This document shows positions 49,589 to 59,008 of a stretch of DNA of 64,000 bases, piece after piece. Origin of the DNA: Nitrosomonas sp. (GTDB lineage Bacteria; Pseudomonadota; Gammaproteobacteria; Burkholderiales; Nitrosomonadaceae); assembly GCF_021731985.1 (NCBI RefSeq), contig NZ_JAKFWH010000062.1, forward strand, positions 30,833-94,832, in the 5' to 3' direction. Numbering within the stretch: position 1 is the first letter of the stretch; every line of letters starts with the position of its first letter. The notes beneath the pieces were generated by a model, which searched no databases, was not told the DNA's origin, and saw only the letters and a program-made list of their open reading frames with translations. The position numbers and the translations under genes are program-made.

Positions 49589-50203
49589 ATGACTGATACA
49601 ACAGCACCATTAACCATCGCATTACGCCCGGATTTTGCCGCCATTGCCGAATGGATTAAACCCGGCGCAAAGATTCTGGACTTAGGCTGCGGCGACGGTT
49701 CATTGCTACGCTATTTGCGCGACACACGGAATGTTTTTGGCTATGGCGTGGAAATCGACGACGACAATCTGCTTAGTTGCTTTCGTAATGGCATTAATGT
49801 GATCCAGAATGACCTGGAAGCAGGGTTGTCCAGCTTTGAATCGGGCTCGTTCGATTATGTCATTCTGTCCCAAACTTTGCAGGCCATGCGACACACCGAA
49901 GGTATCATTCAAGAAATGCTGCGGGTGGGTAAGGAAGGGATCGTCTCATTTCCCAATTTCGGCTACTGGAAAAACCGCATGCAGGTTATTTCCGGGCATA
50001 TGCCTGTGTCAAAAACTCTGCCGTATCATTGGTATGACACGCCCAATATTCATTTATGTACGTTGGGTGATTTTGAAGCGCTGTGCCAGCAATGTGACGC
50101 GCGTATTCTCGAGCGCAGGGTAATGAACGGTGATCATCCGGTTAATTTCCTGCCGAATCTGATGGGGATGCTGGCGTTTTACCGCTTTGAGCGGCGAGAG
50201 TAA
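49589..50203 (+). CDS. metW: Methionine biosynthesis protein MetW
   Basis: LDLGCGDG, FDYVILSQTLQ, SFPNFGYW, WYDTPNIH; follows metX. Confidence 0.95.
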   Translation: MTDTTAPLTIALRPDFAAIAEWIKPGAKILDLGCGDGSLLRYLRDTRNVFGYGVEIDDDNLLSCFRNGINVIQNDLEAGLSSFESGSFDYVILSQTLQAMRHTEGIIQEMLRVGKEGIVSFPNFGYWKNRMQVISGHMPVSKTLPYHWYDTPNIHLCTLGDFEALCQQCDARILERRVMNGDHPVNFLPNLMGMLAFYRFERRE

Positions 50204-51027
50204 TCGAGTTTTCCGGAATGTGCTGTGGAAATTTCCATGCATTCAAGCGCCTTTAGCTCGGTTATCGTAAAACCTGCTTTTTGTCTTGCTGCATAATCAA
50301 ATGGACCGGATATCCGTCGTGTAAAGTATTGGCTGATCAATTCTCGAAAAGTCTGCTCTGAATCCAATTCGCGTTGCTGACAAAAATATTTAAACCAGCG
50401 CGATCCGATCGCTACATGTTCGACCTCATCATGCAAAATGATCTCTAACACTGCGACCGTTTTCTCGTCACCGACCTGACGCAATCGTTTGATAATTCCG
50501 GGTGTTACATCCAATCCTCTGGCTTCCAGCACACGTGGCACCAGCGCCATGCGCACCATCGGATCAAACGCTGTGCGCTTAGCCATATCCCACAAACCAT
50601 TATGTGCCGTGAATTCTCCATAGTCGGTACCCAGCTCATTCAGGCGCGTACGCAACAACTGAAAATGATAGGCTTCCTCTTCCGCCACTTTTATCCAATC
50701 GCTGTAGAACTGTTCAGGTAGATCACGGAAACGATATACGGCGTCCCAGGCGAGATTAACAGCGTTGAATTCGATATGCGCCATTGCATGGACTAGGGCA
50801 GCAAGACCCGCTTTGGTGCCCAGGCCGCGTTTGGGTACCTTATCGGGTGCCACCAGAACAGGTCTGGCCGGATGTCCAGGCTCACCAATCGGTTCAGGTC
50901 CGTCTTTGCAATCTAAAGACAATAAGCCGTCACGCCATGCTTGTGCCGTTTGCTCGGCCAAATGCAGTTTTTCTTCGATTTCACAGGTGATCAGGCAGTG
51001 TTCGGCGGTTTCAAATAAGGATTTCAT
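50179..51027 (-). CDS. Ferritin-like DUF455 protein
   Basis: HAMAHIEFNAVNLAWDA, EEAYHF, LEARGLD, DEVEHV. Confidence 0.9.
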   Translation of the reverse strand: MKSLFETAEHCLITCEIEEKLHLAEQTAQAWRDGLLSLDCKDGPEPIGEPGHPARPVLVAPDKVPKRGLGTKAGLAALVHAMAHIEFNAVNLAWDAVYRFRDLPEQFYSDWIKVAEEEAYHFQLLRTRLNELGTDYGEFTAHNGLWDMAKRTAFDPMVRMALVPRVLEARGLDVTPGIIKRLRQVGDEKTVAVLEIILHDEVEHVAIGSRWFKYFCQQRELDSEQTFRELISQYFTRRISGPFDYAARQKAGFTITELKALECMEISTAHSGKLDYSRRSKR

Positions 51028-51199
51028 AAGCCTGATTTAGGTAGAATAATTTTCTGGCCTCATTCTCCTGTGTTTCCCAACGAAAAGCGAATGAACCGAT
51101 TGCTATGCTGATTGCGAGGTTTAAAAAGACAGATACTGACCTTAGATGAGAAGACTATTGTATTCTTGCAGTATCTCTATTCATCAGCTAAATTCCTCC

Positions 51200-51622
51200 A
51201 TGCATAACATACCGAATGATACGATACTCCATGTTCCGTTGCCGGAAGGTCAGCCCATATTGCGCGTGGTGCCGATGCCATCGGATACTAACTATGCCGG
51301 CGATATTTTTGGTGGCTGGATCATGTCGCAAGTGGATATGGCTGGCAGTATCCCGGCTATCCGGCGCGCACGCGGTCGAGTTGCAACGGTGGCCGTCAAT
51401 TCCTTTGTATTCAAACAACCCGTGTTTGTCGGCGATATCGTCAGCCTCTATGCCGAAATTATTAAAGTGGGTCACACTTCGATTACCGTCGATGTCTCGG
51501 TATACGCTCAGCGTGGCGTGCGGGAAGGCGGGGAAGAGATCTGCATCAAAGTCACCGAGGCCGTACTGACTTACGTTGCCATTGATGATAACCGGCGGCC
51601 TAAAGTGGTGCCGCAGGAATAA
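51200..51622 (+). CDS. Acyl-CoA thioesterase (hot-dog fold, YciA-like)
   Basis: PSDTNYAGDIFGGWIMSQVD, ATVAVN, VGDIV. Confidence 0.9.
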   Translation: MHNIPNDTILHVPLPEGQPILRVVPMPSDTNYAGDIFGGWIMSQVDMAGSIPAIRRARGRVATVAVNSFVFKQPVFVGDIVSLYAEIIKVGHTSITVDVSVYAQRGVREGGEEICIKVTEAVLTYVAIDDNRRPKVVPQE

Positions 51623-51669
51623 TTGGATTGGATGAAAGCTTAGCTGTGCTGAAAAGCATCAGTCTCCTA

Positions 51670-51706
51670 GCCTAACCAGTACGTCGCTTGGGGCGTGAAG
51701 TCAGGC
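51670..51706 (-). other. Possible truncated integron attC relic
   Basis: Minus strand GCCTGAC-TTCACGCCCCAAGCGACGTACTG-GTTAGGC (inverse-core-like ... GTTRRRY core); only 37 bp. Confidence 0.4.
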
Positions 51707-51980
51707 TGGAAGGCTTTTCAATCAGGCGGCCGGAGGCGTATTTGTGTAACACGCTGGCGATAAACGTTTGGTACGGAATGCCTTCTTCCAGCGCTCGTGC
51801 CTGAATATCCATTAGATCGGGTGAAGATAAACGAATATTGATTCGCTTATCCTTAGTGAAAGTGGCGCTAGCCGCTGCTTTGAATTTGGCCAGATTTTCC
51901 TTCGAAGGTGAAGTTGACTTGAGTTCGCCTTTTTCAGAAGCAGCCAGAATATCTTCTTCATAGGTATCAAGTTTTTTCAT
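51672..51980 (-). CDS. RHH antitoxin (BrnA/CopG-like)
   Basis: KDKRINIRLSSPDL...GIPYQTFIASVLH; overlaps the toxin stop. Confidence 0.85.
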   Translation of the reverse strand: MKKLDTYEEDILAASEKGELKSTSPSKENLAKFKAAASATFTKDKRINIRLSSPDLMDIQARALEEGIPYQTFIASVLHKYASGRLIEKPSSLTSRPKRRTG

Positions 51981-52260
51981 CAGAATTGTTCCTTAACAAG
52001 TATTCTCGGGTAGCCTTTCTGCTCGGAATTACGGTTTTCAGAAAGAAGTAATCTGTTTCTTCAACGTAGGGTACCAAGTAAACATAACCATCGAGTGCCA
52101 CGACGAGAATAGACTGATTGGGATATTTCTCCGGATTGGAGTGATGCAACTCATCCAGCAAACCGTCGGCTTCGATAGCCAGCACTATTTCCTCGAATGA
52201 AATGCCGCGATCTTTTTTTAACACCTCATTTTTGCCGTGATTCCAACGAAATGGTTTCAT
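51967..52260 (-). CDS. BrnT-like toxin
   Basis: FRWNHGKNEVLKKDRGISFEEI...FLKTVIPSRKAT. Confidence 0.85.
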   Translation of the reverse strand: MKPFRWNHGKNEVLKKDRGISFEEIVLAIEADGLLDELHHSNPEKYPNQSILVVALDGYVYLVPYVEETDYFFLKTVIPSRKATREYLLRNNSDEKT

Positions 52261-52541
52261 AGAGATAGTTTATATTGGTGTGTGCCTAATGTCACCTATT
52301 TGTGTGGGGGAGCAGTTAGGAAATCTGAATCCAACTGATCGAAGCCGTGCTGACTAATAACAGCCGATGGTCAAAAGTGATGCCACAGGAATGATAGGAT
52401 TCGGTGAGAGCAAATTGGACGCTTATTAAACCGAGTACAGACTTGGTGCTACCCATTTCTTTACCCGCACACCGCATCGCTTGCTAAATCGAGAGTGTCC
52501 CTGTAAGTTAACAAGCTGTCATTTCATAACAGGTCAGAAAG

Positions 52542-53462
52542 ATGCTGAATCTACCCCAACGCACGCATATTTACCAGAATCACCATTTTGACAGCACGCG
52601 CTGGGATTATTTCGAATCGCGCGCTGATGATATTGTCATCGCAACATCCTACAAAGCCGGCACGACGTGGACACAAGCAATTGTTGCGCACCTGCTCTTT
52701 CCGGACGGGAATTTTCCGGCGCCGCCATCGCAAATGTCGCCGTGGCTGGACATGCGGATTATTCCGCTCGAATTAGTTCTGAACAACTTGAAGGCGCAGC
52801 AGCATCGCCGCTTTATCAAGACGCACTTGCCGCTCGATGGCGTGCCTTATAATGAAAAGATCAAATACCTCTATATCGCCCGCGATACCCGTGATGTCTT
52901 CATGTCGTTGTGGAATCACTATACCGGCATGAAGGAAGAAATGTTAATGCTCCTGAACATGCTGCCTGGGCGCATGGGAGACGAACTCCCGCCGCCGCCG
53001 GATGATATCCATACCTTCTGGCAGAATTGGATAACGCGCGGTTCGTTTGCGTGGGAAGCCGACGGCTGGCCGTACTGGTCCCATCTTTCTAATGTTCAAT
53101 CCTGGTGGAATTTCCGTCATCTGCCCAACATTCAGTTGTTCCACTACAGCGACATGCTCGCGGATACCGAGCGTGAGGTTCGCCGCATCGCTGCATTTCT
53201 GGAGATCGATGTGCCCGATCAGGCATGGGACGGCATCATCAAAGCGATCTCCTTTACAGAGATGAAACGCCAGGGCGAGCTGTATGCGCCGGGAGGTGGT
53301 CAGTTCTGGAAGGGCGGCGCGGAGACGTTTATGCACAAAGGTACCAATAACCGCTGGCGCGACGTACTCTCTGACGAAGAATTGGTGCTTTATGACACCG
53401 CTTGCGGGCGTGCGTTGACTCCGGATTGCCGCGAATGGCTGGAGAGTGGTGGGACGATTTGA
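52542..53462 (+). CDS. PAPS-dependent sulfotransferase (SULT1-like)
   Basis: 5'-PSB TSYKAGTTW, IKTHLP, 3'-PB YIARDTRDVFMS, FMHKGTNNRW. Confidence 0.88.
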   Translation: MLNLPQRTHIYQNHHFDSTRWDYFESRADDIVIATSYKAGTTWTQAIVAHLLFPDGNFPAPPSQMSPWLDMRIIPLELVLNNLKAQQHRRFIKTHLPLDGVPYNEKIKYLYIARDTRDVFMSLWNHYTGMKEEMLMLLNMLPGRMGDELPPPPDDIHTFWQNWITRGSFAWEADGWPYWSHLSNVQSWWNFRHLPNIQLFHYSDMLADTEREVRRIAAFLEIDVPDQAWDGIIKAISFTEMKRQGELYAPGGGQFWKGGAETFMHKGTNNRWRDVLSDEELVLYDTACGRALTPDCREWLESGGTI

Positions 53463-53527
53463 CGGAATTTTTGATTGACCGATAAGTTAGCTATTATAGG
53501 GACTGGTTGTATTTCTACGGAGCACTC

Positions 53528-53764
53528 ATGAAAACTGAAATTTTGAACAAACTTCATTCCGAAGCGCTCATGTTACCGGAAGCAGAGCGTGCCGAGTTGG
53601 CGCATGCTTTGGTTAAAAGCCTGGATGCGCCCGATGATGCGGATGTATTGGAGGCTTGGGATAAGGAAATTCTGCGCCGCCTTGTTGAGATTGATGCGGG
53701 CACCGCGAAGTTGATTGATCGAGATAAATTTCGGCGGCGAATGCAGGCACGGATAGGCGGCTGA
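53528..53764 (+). CDS. Addiction-module antitoxin component (orphan)
   Basis: ALMLPEAERAELAHALVKSLD...AWDKEILRRL; same family as 31617-31844. Confidence 0.8.
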   Translation: MKTEILNKLHSEALMLPEAERAELAHALVKSLDAPDDADVLEAWDKEILRRLVEIDAGTAKLIDRDKFRRRMQARIGG

Positions 53765-53907
53765 TTGTGCGCCGGGTAAAGATTCTTGTGGAGGCCCGCT
53801 AACACAGACACTGAGCCGCGCCACTGCGAAAACGACAGGAAACATCGTGTGCTTTTTCGATACAGGTATGAATGACCTGTTCAGTGGTTTAGTCTCTACC
53901 GCGAGTA

Positions 53908-53960
53908 GTAGGGTGTCAATAAGCGAAGCGCATTGCACCGGAATTTTCATTCGGTGCAAT
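53908..53960 (+). repeat. GTAG-type REP with a truncated inverted partner
   Basis: GTAG-GGTGTCAATAAGCGAAGCGCATTGCACC (53908-53939), followed by CGGTGCAAT (53952-53960). Confidence 0.7.
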
Positions 53961-53999
53961 AAAAATTACGTTCCATCTTGATTTGATTATTTCTCGATT

Positions 54000-54029
54000 G
54001 ATGCGCCTCCCTTCATCGGCACATCCTAC
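54000..54029 (-). repeat. GTAG-type REP
   Basis: Minus strand GTAGGATGTGCCGATGAAGGGAGGCGCATC; resembles the 32462 REP family. Confidence 0.65.
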
Positions 54030-54038
54030 CGCGCTTTT

Positions 54039-55007
54039 CTACGGTGCAACACTGACAATCCATTCAATCAATCCAGCATTGATTGACAGCTCAGACAGTT
54101 TTTTTGAATCCCAAATTTGGAAGCCGCCCTCTGTATTCTGATTGATGTAGTTCTGAAGATCTTTGCTGGGAGTGTGTGTCACGTAAAAGAATTTGTCATA
54201 CTCCACCATGCTGCCCATTCGGCTTTTGTATTCCAGAAAAGTGGCCAGATTGCTTTCTGACTTGACTTGAACAATTGCTCTTTCATTCGTGACCGGAGCA
54301 AGAAATTCTATGTCGATTGTCTTCGTGGTATTTCCAAGAACTCCAATCCTTGACCAGCCTGCGGAACGAAACAGAAGATCGATGAATAATTCGAAATCTT
54401 TTGGATTAAGCTTTTTAATTAGGAGCTCAAGGTTGCCTTTCAATGATTGGATATCCTTTTCCACCGACACAAGTTCTTTACTCTGTGTGTTGTTGATTTT
54501 GTGGAGTAGATATTCTTTTTCTTTGATATCGCAAATGGTTCCGCGAAAACCTTGTACCTTGGTCAGTCGACCGCTCAGGTACTGAATGAAAAGACTATTC
54601 CCCTTCGAATCAGTGTCTTTCCAACCACTGAGAGTCATACGTTCTTTTGTACCGTCGCTGTTCAGGGAGAGTTCTCTGGCAGCGTAACAGTACCAAAGCT
54701 TCCCATTGTAAAATGTAATCCACATTGTTGAATCGGGTTCTTCATAGAATTTCCGAATTTGATTCTTGTGACTTGTGGTGGCTGAAGGCCAAGTCTTGTA
54801 GAGATCAGTAATTTGGTGCTCAACCCAATCCCAGTCTCCATCCAGACACTTTTGATGGTCTATCTCTTTATATCCTAGTTTTAGAATTCCTTTTTCTTCG
54901 AGGCATTCATGCTCATAATTCCCCTTTTCGCCTAGCTTGATGAATTGGATATTACCGGGATTATGCATATTTCTTCCTAAGTGCCTGAAGGCGAGTAACT
55001 GGGACAT
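54039..55007 (-). CDS. Mrr-like PD-(D/E)xK restriction endonuclease with an uncharacterised N-terminal domain
   Basis: LNPKDFELFIDLLF, TIDIEF...AIVQVKS (D...QxK); aromatic-rich N-domain. Start may be 54968. Confidence 0.75.
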   Translation of the reverse strand: MSQLLAFRHLGRNMHNPGNIQFIKLGEKGNYEHECLEEKGILKLGYKEIDHQKCLDGDWDWVEHQITDLYKTWPSATTSHKNQIRKFYEEPDSTMWITFYNGKLWYCYAARELSLNSDGTKERMTLSGWKDTDSKGNSLFIQYLSGRLTKVQGFRGTICDIKEKEYLLHKINNTQSKELVSVEKDIQSLKGNLELLIKKLNPKDFELFIDLLFRSAGWSRIGVLGNTTKTIDIEFLAPVTNERAIVQVKSESNLATFLEYKSRMGSMVEYDKFFYVTHTPSKDLQNYINQNTEGGFQIWDSKKLSELSINAGLIEWIVSVAP

Positions 55008-55013
55008 TCTATT

Positions 55014-55700
55014 TTATTGTGCTTCTGTCTCAAAAACAGTAATCGTTGCATGAGTGCGTTGCAATAACCAAACAATTGGCAGCTTCGAATCAGGATACTC
55101 GTTCAAGTGATTCAACAACCGGCGTTTGGTTTTTCCGGTAACTACCAACACAATATTTTCACTCTCCGCCAGTAGTTTCAACGAAAGACTCACTCGTGGC
55201 GACGGTGCAACCGGCGGCGCAACGGCGACACAGTGATGCGTAGTGGATAGATCAGGATTCATCCCCGGAAACAACGAAGCAATATGCCCATCTTCTCCCA
55301 AACCTAGTACTGTCAAACTCAATGGCAGCGGCAGCTTATCCAAGCGCTGATGAATTTCATCGATGGCGGCAAAAGGATTGTCGTGATGGGTTTTAAGTCC
55401 GACAAAGCGTGTGTTTGTGTTTGTGGGGAGGTGATTCATCAGGTGTTGCTTGACCAAATGCTCGTTCGATTGCTCATCAGTAACATCGACCCAGCGTTCG
55501 TCGCTGAGCGTGACAGTAATTCGATCCCAAGGCAGCTTACATTTTGCCAGTGCGGGCAGGTAATAGCGTGGCGTGCTGCCGCCGGGGACGACCAGTGTGG
55601 CTTGGGGTTTATGGGCTAGCGTGTTTTGTAGTGTTGTTGCGGCAAAGTCGGCAAAGGCCTGACTCAGTTGTTCGATATTCGGGAAGACATGGCGTTGCAT
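55014..55700 (-). CDS. pgl: 6-phosphogluconolactonase
   Basis: VPGGSTP, TLSDERWV, SNEHLV, LGLGEDGHIASLFP. Confidence 0.9.
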   Translation of the reverse strand: MQRHVFPNIEQLSQAFADFAATTLQNTLAHKPQATLVVPGGSTPRYYLPALAKCKLPWDRITVTLSDERWVDVTDEQSNEHLVKQHLMNHLPTNTNTRFVGLKTHHDNPFAAIDEIHQRLDKLPLPLSLTVLGLGEDGHIASLFPGMNPDLSTTHHCVAVAPPVAPSPRVSLSLKLLAESENIVLVVTGKTKRRLLNHLNEYPDSKLPIVWLLQRTHATITVFETEAQ

Positions 55701-55716
55701 CGGGAAGCTGATGCGC

Positions 55717-56358
55717 TTACGCGACTAACCCGCGTAAATCGGGAACGATTTCGACATGTTCGGGAAAAGGATTGGGGTCGCCGGGATAGACGCGGCCCAG
55801 GAAAGCGGTGCTGTTGGCTTGCGCGCCTTCCAAATCCGCCATGGCATCGCCGATCATCAGTACCGATTCCGGTTTTAGCGCGTGTTTGGATAAAATTTCC
55901 GCGATGATGGTTTTCTTGAGCGCTGGGGCGCCACGCACTTCGGTGAAATAAGGCGTTAACCCGCGACGTTCGACGATGACTTTGAGTTCTGTTTCTGGTG
56001 TGCCGGAGGCGACGAATAAAGGAATTCTCCCGGCTTGCTGGCGGATGAGTTCGACTGCACCGGGCACAGCCTCTGCGGCAATGACGGCTTCTACGACCAG
56101 TTCGGAAAAGCGGATATCCAGTTGTTTTTCTTCTGCTTCCGTTAGTGGCGGTTTTGAAAGGAAGTGTTCCTGAAAGTAACGGAATTTGCGGTAGCGGGAC
56201 ATGCCGCCGTTCTGGGTATGAAATTGCACCACTGCTGCGACGATTTCTTCGCCGTAAGAGCGATAGAGTTCCGCGAATGCCTGGGTTTTGATTTTTCCGG
56301 ATTCCACCACGACGCCGTCAAAATCGAAAATGATCGCCTGCCAGTCGAAATTTTTCAT
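55717..56358 (-). CDS. HAD-family phosphatase
   Basis: FDFDGVVVES, VASGTP, MIGDAMAD. Confidence 0.88.
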   Translation of the reverse strand: MKNFDWQAIIFDFDGVVVESGKIKTQAFAELYRSYGEEIVAAVVQFHTQNGGMSRYRKFRYFQEHFLSKPPLTEAEEKQLDIRFSELVVEAVIAAEAVPGAVELIRQQAGRIPLFVASGTPETELKVIVERRGLTPYFTEVRGAPALKKTIIAEILSKHALKPESVLMIGDAMADLEGAQANSTAFLGRVYPGDPNPFPEHVEIVPDLRGLVA

Positions 56359-56360
56359 GA

Positions 56361-57290
56361 TTAGGCACGATTGTCCGAGGTGGCGGGGGTGGCGTCGTCG
56401 TTTTCATCGCCGTGATGCAGGTCTTGGTGAATTTCCCGCAGGCAATCGAGTATGCCCTGCCCCAGATCGACATGTTCATTCAGAACCAGCTTGCGGCCAA
56501 CGCGGGGTTGAAACGCGTACGGCGTGATTTCGTAGTGGTGCACGGTGTTGGCTTCGTCAAAATGCAATTCAACCGGCCACGGCAGGATTTCCGAGATCAT
56601 TGTCATGACCTCTTTGATGCGCAATCTTTCCTGACCGGTCAGAATCATGTGACGGTTGGCAAATTCCGGCGCCAATATTTGTACGCTCATACGTGCCGCA
56701 TCTTCCACATGGATATATTCCCGCATGGCGTCGCCACTGCCTTTGTAGGTAATGGAGTGATGGGCGACGGCTTCGTGCAGCATGCGATAGATGCCGTTGC
56801 GTTTATCAGAGCGCCGGCCATACAGCGAGCCATAGCGCAGAATGCTGTAGTCCAGACCGTAGCGCTCATGGTAGGTTTCCGTGAAACGTTCCGCCGCCTG
56901 TTTGCTAGCGCGATAAAAAGAACCGGATTCGGAATAGACATAAATGCTGCTGGCGAACACAAAGCGACGGGCTCCGGCAATGCGCGCGGCTTCCAAAGCA
57001 TGCATATTGCCCAGCACATTGATGGTTGCAGTGGGAATGGGTTTGTCGTTGGCTTCATCAATATCAGCAATTGCGGCAAAGTTATACACGATGGATGTTC
57101 CCTTGGCAGCCTCGATCACTTGGTCGAGATTCATGATATCGCCAATGATCATTTCCTGATTACTTTTAAGATAGGGCGAAGGGCTGCGGTCAAATAACCG
57201 TACCCGGTAACCTGCGGCCGATAATGCGTCGGCAACATGGCTGCCCAAAAAACCACTGGCGCCAAATACAACAACCGTTTCATTCACCAT
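56361..57290 (-). CDS. NAD-dependent epimerase/dehydratase
   Basis: GASGFLG, ASSIYVY, FYRASK, LRYGSLYG. Confidence 0.88.
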   Translation of the reverse strand: MVNETVVVFGASGFLGSHVADALSAAGYRVRLFDRSPSPYLKSNQEMIIGDIMNLDQVIEAAKGTSIVYNFAAIADIDEANDKPIPTATINVLGNMHALEAARIAGARRFVFASSIYVYSESGSFYRASKQAAERFTETYHERYGLDYSILRYGSLYGRRSDKRNGIYRMLHEAVAHHSITYKGSGDAMREYIHVEDAARMSVQILAPEFANRHMILTGQERLRIKEVMTMISEILPWPVELHFDEANTVHHYEITPYAFQPRVGRKLVLNEHVDLGQGILDCLREIHQDLHHGDENDDATPATSDNRA

Positions 57291-57294
57291 AATG

Positions 57295-58233
57295 TTATCC
57301 GTTATTGATTAGACCTGCTTTGATTAAACCCTGCAGCAGGTTCTCAGCCGCTTCAATTTCCATCAGTTGGCGTGATTCCCGGGCAAGAGAGCCGACATGC
57401 GACGTCAGGATGACGTTGCCGCTTTCGATTAATGGGCCATGATAAGGCTCTTGCTCGAACACATCCAAGGCGGCGGCGCTGACTTTGCCCGCTTGTAATG
57501 CGGCCAAGAGCGCGTCTTCGTCGACCAATCCGCCGCGCGCGGCATTGATGACAATCGCCTCAGGTTTCATAGTCGCGAATGCCTTGGCATTCAGCAGATG
57601 ATGCGTATCCGGTCCGTAAGGCAGATGCAGCGTGATAATGTCCGCAGTGGCCAGCAATTGTTCCAGGGATATCAATGCGACATCGGCAGGCACTTGACTT
57701 GCATACGGGTCGTGCGCAATCACTGTGGCCTCAAAAGCCTGACACAGACGTGCAACACGCCGGCCGATATGCCCCATGCCGATGATGCCGACGGTTTGCG
57801 CAGCAAGCAGACGGCCTTGCGTGCGCGGCCATTCGCCGTTACGCACCGATTGATCAATCTGGCGGATTTGCCGCAACAGGGTCAATATCAATCCCATTGT
57901 CAGCTCAGCTACCGCTTGTGCGGGGGCTTCCGGCGTGTTGAAAACCGTAATGCCATGCTTTCTTGCCGCCGCCAAGTCGACACTGTCCATCCCGGCACCA
58001 CAGCGCGAGATGACTTTCAGATTGCTGGCAGACTGAAATACGCGCTCGGTCAATGGCTCAATCCCGGCGATCAGGCCAGTTGCGCCTTCCTGCAGTAATT
58101 CAATAATCTCATCCTCGGTGAGTTTGCGCCGGTGCGGATTGGTGATGACCCGCATACCGCTCTGCAGCAACTGTTGGATATGCGGATTGTTGTCAATGTC
58201 GAAGGAAGAAGTGGAAATGACAAATGTGTTCAT
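57295..58233 (-). CDS. D-2-hydroxyacid (phosphoglycerate-dehydrogenase-like) dehydrogenase
   Basis: GAGMDSVD, VAELT, GMGHIG, INAARG, LDVFEQEP, TSHVG. Confidence 0.88.
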   Translation of the reverse strand: MNTFVISTSSFDIDNNPHIQQLLQSGMRVITNPHRRKLTEDEIIELLQEGATGLIAGIEPLTERVFQSASNLKVISRCGAGMDSVDLAAARKHGITVFNTPEAPAQAVAELTMGLILTLLRQIRQIDQSVRNGEWPRTQGRLLAAQTVGIIGMGHIGRRVARLCQAFEATVIAHDPYASQVPADVALISLEQLLATADIITLHLPYGPDTHHLLNAKAFATMKPEAIVINAARGGLVDEDALLAALQAGKVSAAALDVFEQEPYHGPLIESGNVILTSHVGSLARESRQLMEIEAAENLLQGLIKAGLINNG

Positions 58234-59000
58234 GGTGTTTTAAGTGTTGCGCGGATACTTTGCAAGTGGGTGCGGCAGATGGAATCCAGAATGCGAATAT
58301 CCAGACCATAGCCGAGAAAGTTAAAACCGGCTTGAATGCGTTGTTGCAGTGCTTCCAGATCCGGTTCGATGACATGAATGCCGCCGGGTTTTTTGGCGCG
58401 GCGGCCAGCTTCCAGAACTTGTGCGATGGCGGTTTGTACATCCGGGTGATTGAGATCGCCGGGGCGACCCATCGAACCGGATAAATCATACGGGCCGATG
58501 ATGTAGGCATCGATACCTGGCACAGCCAGAATGCTATCAATGGCTTTGACCGCATCGACATGTTCGATCATCACGACGATCACCGCATTTTCATCCAGCC
58601 ATTGCCGGTAAGCCTGGAAACTGTTGCCATATCCCTGAGCGCGCGCAAGGCCGACGCCGCGTTGTCCGCGTGGCGGGTAATACACGCCATCGACTGCGGC
58701 TTTGGCGTCAGCGGCGGATTTGATCATCGGAACCATCACGCCGGTTGCCCCGGCATCCATGACGCGTTTGATCTGATCGGGGTGGTTTGAGGTCAGGCGC
58801 ACGATGGCCGGGCATTGTTTGCCATCCAGCACCTGGATGATGGACTGCACTTCGCTGAGTTCCAGTACGCTGTGTTCCATGTCCAGCACCAGCCAGTCAA
58901 ATCCCGCCGCCGCCATGATTTCGGCAATTGATGGATGCCCCAGTGTGACCCATGAACCAATGGTTAATTCGGACCGGCTCAATCTTGATTTTAGTGACAT
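58230..59000 (-). CDS. HpcH/HpaI pyruvate aldolase
   Basis: DMEHS, MIEH, IGPYDLSGSMG. Confidence 0.9.
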   Translation of the reverse strand: MSLKSRLSRSELTIGSWVTLGHPSIAEIMAAAGFDWLVLDMEHSVLELSEVQSIIQVLDGKQCPAIVRLTSNHPDQIKRVMDAGATGVMVPMIKSAADAKAAVDGVYYPPRGQRGVGLARAQGYGNSFQAYRQWLDENAVIVVMIEHVDAVKAIDSILAVPGIDAYIIGPYDLSGSMGRPGDLNHPDVQTAIAQVLEAGRRAKKPGGIHVIEPDLEALQQRIQAGFNFLGYGLDIRILDSICRTHLQSIRATLKTP

Positions 59001-59008
59001 AATTATTC

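Noticed and set aside
56412-57197. 261-aa plus-strand ORF
   Set aside because: Antisense shadow of the motif-bearing epimerase; no motifs of its own. The same applies to 37659-38276, 22176-22685, 57598-58098 and most short overlapping ORFs in the track.
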